NCBI GenBank assembly: GCA_030668875.1
Contig: DAOVER010000006.1
Location: forward strand, 30,001-62,000
From: Candidatus Heimdallarchaeota archaeon
GTDB taxonomy: Archaea > Asgardarchaeota > Heimdallarchaeia > Heimdallarchaeales > Heimdallarchaeaceae
DNA: 32,000 nt
Direction of reading: 5' to 3'
A program made the translations under genes and the position numbers. Under the pieces are notes generated by a model, which had not been told where the DNA came from, did not search any database, and saw nothing but the letters and a program-made list of their open reading frames with translations. Shown here in pieces: positions 24,811-32,000 of the stretch (position 1 is its first letter; every line of letters starts with the position of its first letter).

Positions 24811-25764
24811 TTACCCCACTTCAATCTCAAACATTGAAAGTAGGTCTTCAATATCTTGGGCTATTTTTTCATCTTCTTCGCTTAGTTCAGCACCTTCTTC
24901 GGGTTTTAAAAACTCAATTGCTCGAACAAAGCCATTCTCACATATCATTCGAGGAACGTGAGAACTTGAAAAGAATATACCTTCAGGGGGTTCATCAAGC
25001 TCTTCGAAAGCACCAGTGTATGTTTCAGTGTATACCTTATTTCCAATAATAACTAAGTCTCTAAAGAAACCCTTAGGAGCTCCTAAATCTTTCAAAATTT
25101 TCAAGGATTTCTCTAGCATAGATTCCTCAACTTTGGTTACAGGTGCAGATGCAGTTGTAGGTACTGAGGCTACAGGTGTAGATGCTGGAGAAGAACCGAC
25201 AGGCGATAATTCTTCGGGTTTTACAATCTCAATTGATTCTGCTTCAAGGGCAGATAATATTGAAGGTGTTGGCCTATTACCTGGTGCGCCCATTTTAGCG
25301 ATATGGGGAGGCAATTGGTTAGTTGAAACTTGAGTAGGACGGTCTTTTAACTGAGTACCATCTTCTTCAACTTCGACAGCAATTGGTCTATAAGCATCAG
25401 TTGCTTGAGATTCATCAAAGACATTTATTCGTTTTTGTCTTTCAATAATCTCTTCAGCTCTAGATTTAACATTATCAGGAACAAGATCTTCTTTATTTAT
25501 CTTTTTTAACATAGAAACAAATTCTGCTGTTTCATCATCTTGATCACAAGTTTGTGGCACATAAGCGAAACCGTATTCCTTTTTCCTCAAGTCTGATAAA
25601 GCTCTACTTCCAATGAATTTCTTCCTTATTGGACATTCTGAACCTTTCCATAACCACATTCTTTTCTCGGTTTCATCAACAATAATCAGTACTTTCTGGT
25701 TTCCAAGATCTAATTCTTGACATTCTACTAAGGAACCATTTTCCTGAACTTCTAAGTATCTCAT
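24811..25764 (-). CDS. Gelsolin/villin-like single-domain protein with C-terminal extension (Asgard 1DGelX-like architecture)
   Basis: N-terminal VLIIVDETEKRMWLWKGSECPIRKKF...DQDDETAEFVSML fits the gelsolin repeat (W.G and E..EF motifs), followed by a P/S/T/A-rich linker and an unknown C-terminal domain. Confidence 0.75.
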   Translation of the reverse strand: MRYLEVQENGSLVECQELDLGNQKVLIIVDETEKRMWLWKGSECPIRKKFIGSRALSDLRKKEYGFAYVPQTCDQDDETAEFVSMLKKINKEDLVPDNVKSRAEEIIERQKRINVFDESQATDAYRPIAVEVEEDGTQLKDRPTQVSTNQLPPHIAKMGAPGNRPTPSILSALEAESIEIVKPEELSPVGSSPASTPVASVPTTASAPVTKVEESMLEKSLKILKDLGAPKGFFRDLVIIGNKVYTETYTGAFEELDEPPEGIFFSSSHVPRMICENGFVRAIEFLKPEEGAELSEEDEKIAQDIEDLLSMFEIEVG

Positions 25765-25933
25765 GGCGTTTCACACTTTAGATATCTTCGAGAATGTATA
25801 TGTAAATTCATTTAATAAAAGTTATTGATGGTATCAAAGTAAATTCATAATCACAAACATGCCTTCAGAGCCTAAGAATTTCACTATTGAAAGTAATGCA
25901 AAATTTAAGGAAGGAAAAGTAAAAAAAATTAGA

Positions 25934-26764
25934 TCACGTCATTTTTCCTTTCTCTTCTGTTGTATCCCTATCTACGTTTACATCTGTTTTATTGGCTTTT
26001 TTGCTACTCATTAAGCCCACGAAAACTAGAAGAGGAAGAATAGCTGTTCGGAAAAAGAATAGAAACAAATCAATCAAAGAATCTATCCATAAGCTTACTG
26101 TATTAAGAATAGGAACCCCTTGCTTCTCAATAATTAGTGCAAAGAATATGGTTCCAAAGAAACCTACTGGTTTTCCTAAAACATCGTGAGCCCAGTACCA
26201 TGCGGATCCAAGTCCATCTCCGCCAGCAGCCCCATAGGTCATTTGAAGAGTAACGGTCATTCCAATAACTAATGCAATTCTTAGAAAATTACCGATGATT
26301 AGCGCAATAATTGCAAGAAATGTTGCCTTTACTTTTTTCCCAAAATCTGCAGGGGTAACAACAATTAACCCCATGAGAAGGGCTCCAGCCTGCATGCCTG
26401 TACATGCTCGTACAACCGCAAATCTTCTTTCTGCAGTTTCGGACTTTATTAAAGGAGTAAGGTTATCATGAGTTTCTAATCCTGTGAGGATTCTTATGAA
26501 AATTGCAATAAATGAATTAGATGAATCAGCTTCATCATAATATCCAATGAAGTTAATATCATATTGATATAAATCTAAGATTTGAAAAACGGTGTCACCA
26601 GTAAGTTTTTCAAGGAAGAAATAATCTGGTACGAAATACAAGAGTATCGTCAGAATCACAACAACAATGAATGAAATTATACTATAAATCCACTTATTCT
26701 TTCCAGTAGGGTTGAGTAAAGCCCTCAACTGAGGAGAAGATTGTTTTTCTGTCTCTTTCACCAT
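25934..26764 (-). CDS. Exosortase/archaeosortase family membrane protease
   Basis: Catalytic triad motifs VVRACTGMQ (Cys), GNFLRIAL (Arg) and WAHD (His) in a multi-TM protein. Confidence 0.88.
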   Translation of the reverse strand: MVKETEKQSSPQLRALLNPTGKNKWIYSIISFIVVVILTILLYFVPDYFFLEKLTGDTVFQILDLYQYDINFIGYYDEADSSNSFIAIFIRILTGLETHDNLTPLIKSETAERRFAVVRACTGMQAGALLMGLIVVTPADFGKKVKATFLAIIALIIGNFLRIALVIGMTVTLQMTYGAAGGDGLGSAWYWAHDVLGKPVGFFGTIFFALIIEKQGVPILNTVSLWIDSLIDLFLFFFRTAILPLLVFVGLMSSKKANKTDVNVDRDTTEEKGKMT

Positions 26765-26858
26765 AACGAGTCAACTCCCAATAACTATAGATAATTAAAA
26801 ATGATTCGTTAGATATAAAATAGCTCTAAAAAGCATACAATTTATCAAGACCAAATAC

Positions 26859-29800
26859 TCATTTATCAGAACTGTACTTCATAAAAAACTCTGATAATTG
26901 AACCGATTCTTTTACTTTTTTAGATTTTTCTTTTTTTGAAGATGTTAAAGCATCCTCACCAAATAATGATTCCAAATTGTGTTTCATAATGGCTAATCGA
27001 TTCTTCAAATAGTCAGAAAGATCATATTCCTCTACCAAAGAACTAGCCATGTCAAAGTATTTTGATACAGATGCTTGATATACGGTTAAATTCAATTTAG
27101 CCATACCACAATTTGGACAAGTCCCTGATAGAGGTATTCTCCGATATATTCTATTACAATTGGTGCATCTGATTTTCTGAGAACCAAATCGTCGGAGATT
27201 ACCTATCATATCAGGTATAAAGTGATTTACAATTACTCTTGTTGCAACATCCTTTATGTCTACAGCTTTAATCAAACTAGCAACATGAAGCTGAGCATAA
27301 ACCTTATCGCTCATTGTTTTAAGGTTTTTATAGGCAGTCGATTCTGGTCCTTCAAAGATGTGAGATGTTTCGTGAGAATAGAGAAAGCCTTCGTAAGCAC
27401 TCTCATCACTTAATCGATTACTAATCATATCTATAAGGGGAAGAACTATTTTAGGAGATATTCTATCTAATGTTGCTTCATAAAATGTAAGGGGATATCT
27501 CACACAAGTATCAACATTGTGTGATTCATCGTCTACTTCATGGGGGTTAAGATTAGAAACAAGAATCAGGGGAGCATCCATTTTACCACCACGAATTTCA
27601 GGGAGATAGGAACGAGAAAAATTAAGAAAAGCGTCAAGAGCAAGAATGCAAGAATCTTCATCTCCGTCGCATTGTTTAGTAACCAAACAATTCAGCATTA
27701 CGATATTGTGATATGTTTCTGTCTCCTTATTGCTTGATTCGACTTCTAAACAATATGAGTTTTCATTTGAGTTACCTTTAGTTATTTTTTTAATCGTATC
27801 AGCTGCAATCGTGTTGCTTATTTCATCAAAAGTTTTAAATTTGGGATAACCTCGGTTCATAAGTAAAGCTACATTTTGTCTCTTTTTTTCGTGATGTAAA
27901 ATTATATTGTTGAACAAAATTTCATTTTCCTTACCTGGAATATTCACATGATATAACGGATTATCCCTTTTAGGTTCTGTTCCAAGTTGTTCATATCTCT
28001 TTAAGATTACATCCCCGTATCTTCCTCCCTTTATCTTTGAAATTCTAGCAAAAATGCTTAGAGACATCAATAACAAACTATAATCCTGTGCAAGTTTGTA
28101 ATTTCCCGTGTAGATTGTTGTTCTGAAAGAACGAGTTATTATTGAACCATCACCATCAATAACAGCTGAAAGGAAAGAAAATCTATATTCCTTTGGTAGG
28201 GAAAAAATGAAACTAGGTATTCTTTTGTTAAGAGCTTTCTTTCTCATTCCAAACGCATAAGCAAACAAATATGCATGTATTCTTCCTGTGTGAACTAATT
28301 GGTTGTTATCCTTTTTATGATAGGGTGTGGTTCCTAAAACCGTTTTTATTAAATGTCTAACGTGTTTTCTTAGAACTGGATTCGGAACGCTGAAATTAGT
28401 TTGATAACAAGTTCTTTGGTCTCTTATATATCCCTCCGCTATCAGATACCCCAACAATCTCATTAAATCAGTAGTGAAAGGGAGGTAGGGGGATATTGTG
28501 TGATCATCTCTTGCCATACCTAATCTAGCTTCATGGGGGACATCATCCCACCGAAATACGTTCAATTTCTGTAAAACTGTAAGATGACTCAAAGGTATTG
28601 ATTTGAACCAGTCAGAAGTCAAGGGTCTTTTCATTGGCTCTTCTGGTAAAATGGTCACAAAGTACTCTCTTACCTGTTTTGGAAAATTAATGTGTGTTAT
28701 ATTAGGGTCAATCATGTTATTGTTTTGGATAAATTCCAGAAGTTTAGTTTTCATCCATTTAGCTGCTTCGCGTAAGCGCACTTGATGTTTGAATTCGACG
28801 AATTTAGGTTTATCAGGTAAGGTGGATAATTCTTTTAGAATATTAACATTCGCTGGAGGTTGAATGACCGGTATTGGGGATTTTTTGACAATAGGAATAT
28901 GATCCCCTACTTCAAGATGTGCTGCTTTAGTTGTTGTAGTTATTCTACTCGATGGGTTCCAAACAAGAGCATTATGATTAGGAGTCATTTTAAGCGTTCT
29001 GCCAGTTTCAGTTTTGATTTCTATCCATTGTCCAGTAGTCCCTTTAATCCAATGCTTTATTTGTTGAAAAATAGCTTGGTTAGTTGTTTCATCTATGCTT
29101 ACAGCTTCCCAGTGTGGATTAAGGTTTTCAACAGCAAGGGTTCCATAATCATCAACAATTTCTTGTTGAGCCCCTAGAGCAACAAGTTCATCAACAATTT
29201 CTCCAATATTCTTGCGAATTAATTGGTGTGTATTGTTATCCCAGATTAGGATTTCTTCATCTTTCGATAAACAATTCCTTCGCTTAGCTGCGTGCCAATA
29301 AGGATGAGCGAAGTTGACTTTAGCTTTAGTAAAACCAATTATTCTCCCCACAATTCCTGCTGAAGTGTGTGGAGCTAAGCCCATCACAAGTTTACCTATT
29401 AGATCTGAAGGTCTTTCCACATTATAATAATGTGGTAATCCATACACTTTTTCCAGTAATTCATCTATAAAATTTGCAACTCTAGCTAAATGTTTTCCCC
29501 CATCAATGTTCAAAACTATATCCTGAATTTTAAGTTCAACAATTTGTTCTGTACTAACTAGAGGTTTTCCATGGGCATCAACTGTATATCCTTGTTCATG
29601 TAATTGTTGAATTGTGGCTCCAATTTCTGAAGGTTTGAAATGTGTGAGTACTGCGTCAGTTGAATCAAATCGAATGGTTCCATCCCTATAAACAAAAAGC
29701 TCATGTTTAGCCCTTAAAATCCCTTTATCAATTAATTCAGGAGCTCGAAGTTTATTCATTAACTTTTTTATGGTTTTAACCTTTTTAGGGATAGGAGCAC

Positions 29801-31979
29801 CTATTCTCTTCTTTGCTTCCATTATTTGAGTTTCTAAAGGATAGTTCACTAATTGGTATTGGAGTGTCATCCTACCACACTTTGAGCAACGATCATCAGT
29901 TGTTTCTATGTTACAGGAAGGGCAAACTGCAGAGACAACAGTAGGAACATTGCACGATGAGCACAAAACATTGTGGGTAAGAGTGCCACAGGAAGGGCAT
30001 GATCTACGTGACAATTCAATATTGATATTCTTATGAGTAGCGGCAACAAATAAGTCTCTTAGCCTCCCTCCTGCATTTCCAATTGGGAACAACATCTGAA
30101 CAGGAGGTTTCATTCGTCTGTCTTTTGCTTTTTCTGGTCTTCCCATTCTAGCACCAGTGTAAACTGGACATTTATCTCTGATTTTCACGTTCTCTAAAGA
30201 ATTGATTAAATCGATCACCCTTCCATTCTTCTTGGAAATTGGTAGTAGTTTTCCTTCTTTATAACCAATCGTATTTAACAAAGGCAAAGAGTGCAAATCC
30301 AAAATAATCTTATCTTCTACTAGTTTGTGAGGAACACAAATTGATTCTAATATTTCTTTAACTTCAAGTTTATTATCAATTTCAAGAATATTATTATCAA
30401 AACTACTGTTTGACTTTATGTGGTCTCTTAGAGACTTAAACTCTTCTACAGAAATATTAGACCAGTGATAGGTAAACTCTGGATGGAGAGGAATGTTTAG
30501 TTTATCAGATAGTTCAAGTGCTTCTTGTGGCGAAGGAATTAAACTGAAAGGATGTTGAACAAAACCATCAATTTTCTCCAAAAGTTTGTTATCGGTTTTT
30601 ACACCTGTGGTTTCCTTGAAATCTACAAAGGCTTCCTCAAGTTCTTGAATCCACCATTCTTCACAGTAACCTGAAGGGATTAAATCAAAGTTACTCTGAT
30701 TAAACTCACCAACCCCGTACAACATATCCCCGAGAAATAAGATTTCAAGTAAATTTTCTCTAATAGCTATTGCTTGATCATAGCTTTCTATTTTTAATAC
30801 ATCGCCATTCTTTAATTTTACAATAGGTGGATGGATTGAATCAACAGGCATAACTATCGCTCCCTTTCCAGGCCTTTCTGTACGCACATGGGTACCACAA
30901 GCTAGAAAATCATCCACTAAACCCATAAGAGCAGGATGTATACCCATACCAGCCAAACCTGTTGTTCTAGACCTACCATATCTAAGTCTGAAACCTCCTT
31001 CCACTGAGGGATGTGAAAAAACAGGTCTTCCTCCAATTACATCCCTTATGTATCCCATATCAGAGACGATTTCTTCTTCAGTATCAACTTCTATATCCTC
31101 TTCTTCATCATCATATTTGATGTCTGATTCTTCATCTGAAATAGAACCACTTTTCTCATGAATCTCAATTAACTTTGTAAGCCAATCCCAACCATCAAGT
31201 TTGTTGTCTTTAGTTTTCTTGATAAGTTTCTTTGATCTGCCAACAAGACCATCATTAAAGACTAAACAAGCCCCACCACGTAAACGGTTTGTCTCGATTC
31301 TTCTTAAATCACGATTTCCTGTAACCTCAACTTTGTCTGTTGGCTCTCCGCTAATCTCAATTGGCAGATTCTGGGCAGCAAATCTTTGTTCGTCTTTTGT
31401 TGTCGGAAGTTGTAGATGACTAACTCTATTATATAACTCTAATTCTTCTATATATCTCTCAACCTCTCTTTGATCTGGTTGATATTTACCTATTTTCAAT
31501 CTTTTTCTAATAAAATCTCCTAAGAGTACACTCATACCAGCTGCAGTACCACCAGCTGAACGTATTGGACCTGAATAATAAACTGCAAGATAATCAGTCC
31601 CATCATCATTCTGTTTAATCTTTACCTTGGCGATACCCTCAATAGGAGCAGCAGTAATGCTCTCGGTGATAACAGCGAGAGATGTACGTAAAGCTTGATC
31701 TGCTAATATTTCCTTAGAACCCTTAATTAACTTCTGATCACAAATTTCACCAGCAATTCTGAATGCAACTTGTTCTCTAGATAGATCCTGTTTTTCTAGA
31801 TCCCTGATTCTTATTCCTACTCCTTCTGGACCAATCAAACCTTCAACTCTATCAGCTATATCTTTAGCTATGGGTATTTCGACATTAAGAGATGGATCTA
31901 ATCCTTGCTCTCGAGCTTTTTCAGCAATATTATAGATGATATGTAGTTGATCATTTAGACGGTTGAAATAATCTTGCAT
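26859..31979 (-). CDS. polC: DNA polymerase II (PolD) large subunit DP2, intein-containing (1706 aa precursor, about 1172 aa mature)
   Basis: AAPIEG, GPIRSAGGT, GGFRLRYGRSRT, RMGRPEK, FRDG-like YRDGTIRFD, GLAPHTSAG, AAKRRN/CDGDED split by the intein, C-terminal zinc finger and PIP-like QLSEFF. Confidence 0.98.
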   Translation of the reverse strand: MQDYFNRLNDQLHIIYNIAEKAREQGLDPSLNVEIPIAKDIADRVEGLIGPEGVGIRIRDLEKQDLSREQVAFRIAGEICDQKLIKGSKEILADQALRTSLAVITESITAAPIEGIAKVKIKQNDDGTDYLAVYYSGPIRSAGGTAAGMSVLLGDFIRKRLKIGKYQPDQREVERYIEELELYNRVSHLQLPTTKDEQRFAAQNLPIEISGEPTDKVEVTGNRDLRRIETNRLRGGACLVFNDGLVGRSKKLIKKTKDNKLDGWDWLTKLIEIHEKSGSISDEESDIKYDDEEEDIEVDTEEEIVSDMGYIRDVIGGRPVFSHPSVEGGFRLRYGRSRTTGLAGMGIHPALMGLVDDFLACGTHVRTERPGKGAIVMPVDSIHPPIVKLKNGDVLKIESYDQAIAIRENLLEILFLGDMLYGVGEFNQSNFDLIPSGYCEEWWIQELEEAFVDFKETTGVKTDNKLLEKIDGFVQHPFSLIPSPQEALELSDKLNIPLHPEFTYHWSNISVEEFKSLRDHIKSNSSFDNNILEIDNKLEVKEILESICVPHKLVEDKIILDLHSLPLLNTIGYKEGKLLPISKKNGRVIDLINSLENVKIRDKCPVYTGARMGRPEKAKDRRMKPPVQMLFPIGNAGGRLRDLFVAATHKNINIELSRRSCPSCGTLTHNVLCSSCNVPTVVSAVCPSCNIETTDDRCSKCGRMTLQYQLVNYPLETQIMEAKKRIGAPIPKKVKTIKKLMNKLRAPELIDKGILRAKHELFVYRDGTIRFDSTDAVLTHFKPSEIGATIQQLHEQGYTVDAHGKPLVSTEQIVELKIQDIVLNIDGGKHLARVANFIDELLEKVYGLPHYYNVERPSDLIGKLVMGLAPHTSAGIVGRIIGFTKAKVNFAHPYWHAAKRRNCLSKDEEILIWDNNTHQLIRKNIGEIVDELVALGAQQEIVDDYGTLAVENLNPHWEAVSIDETTNQAIFQQIKHWIKGTTGQWIEIKTETGRTLKMTPNHNALVWNPSSRITTTTKAAHLEVGDHIPIVKKSPIPVIQPPANVNILKELSTLPDKPKFVEFKHQVRLREAAKWMKTKLLEFIQNNNMIDPNITHINFPKQVREYFVTILPEEPMKRPLTSDWFKSIPLSHLTVLQKLNVFRWDDVPHEARLGMARDDHTISPYLPFTTDLMRLLGYLIAEGYIRDQRTCYQTNFSVPNPVLRKHVRHLIKTVLGTTPYHKKDNNQLVHTGRIHAYLFAYAFGMRKKALNKRIPSFIFSLPKEYRFSFLSAVIDGDGSIITRSFRTTIYTGNYKLAQDYSLLLMSLSIFARISKIKGGRYGDVILKRYEQLGTEPKRDNPLYHVNIPGKENEILFNNIILHHEKKRQNVALLMNRGYPKFKTFDEISNTIAADTIKKITKGNSNENSYCLEVESSNKETETYHNIVMLNCLVTKQCDGDEDSCILALDAFLNFSRSYLPEIRGGKMDAPLILVSNLNPHEVDDESHNVDTCVRYPLTFYEATLDRISPKIVLPLIDMISNRLSDESAYEGFLYSHETSHIFEGPESTAYKNLKTMSDKVYAQLHVASLIKAVDIKDVATRVIVNHFIPDMIGNLRRFGSQKIRCTNCNRIYRRIPLSGTCPNCGMAKLNLTVYQASVSKYFDMASSLVEEYDLSDYLKNRLAIMKHNLESLFGEDALTSSKKEKSKKVKESVQLSEFFMKYSSDK
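27672..29273 (-). mobile_element. Intein with LAGLIDADG homing endonuclease in DP2 (residues 903-1436, 534 aa)
   Basis: Starts CLSKDEEI after KRRN; block B KMTPNH; LAGLIDADG blocks LLGYLIAEGYI and FLSAVIDGDGSI; block F YCLEV; ends HNIVMLNCLVTKQ followed by extein Cys (CDGDED). Confidence 0.95.
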
Positions 31980-32000
31980 ATTGATAGATAAATTCTGATT

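Noticed and set aside
59-31419. Numerous short ORF-track entries antisense to or overlapping confident genes (for example 59-358, 1263-1499, 5183-5386, 5596-5817, 6143-6391, 6445-6750, 13433-13741, 17392-17700, 22170-22274 extension, 25016-25333, 27222-29177 set, 31201-31419)
   Set aside because: Shadow ORFs of well-supported genes, with biased composition and no recognisable motifs

Overview
AT-rich window from an archaeon, almost certainly an Asgard archaeon. This is inferred from the co-occurrence of PolD, AglB and archaeal ribosomal proteins with a Rab-like GTPase, two Roadblock/LC7 proteins, a gelsolin-domain protein and a Urm1-like modifier. Most of the window is core genome: the S19e-PDCD5-L39e-L31e-eIF6-L18a-prefoldin-FtsY operon, EF-1alpha, AglB/STT3, both PolD subunits (DP2 with a 534-aa Gln-terminated LAGLIDADG intein), TopA, Sec61beta and three tRNAs (Cys-GCA, Arg-TCT with an 18-nt intron, Ser-TGA). 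The main novelty candidate is at about 3.9-6.0 kb. It is a stand-alone 646-aa TnpB/Cas12-like protein with an enlarged N-terminal lobe, a D-E-H RuvC triad (His where the third Asp is expected) and an HCCC zinc ribbon. A GC-rich, pseudoknot-capable structured RNA (omegaRNA-like) overlaps its 3' end and abuts the 3' end of tRNA-Cys, and no transposase, cas gene or CRISPR array is in view. An uncalled 59-aa class III signal peptide (pilin-like) gene lies just upstream, and a second, truncated conventional tnpB remnant lies at 18.4 kb. All product calls come from motif recognition by eye; no database searches were run.
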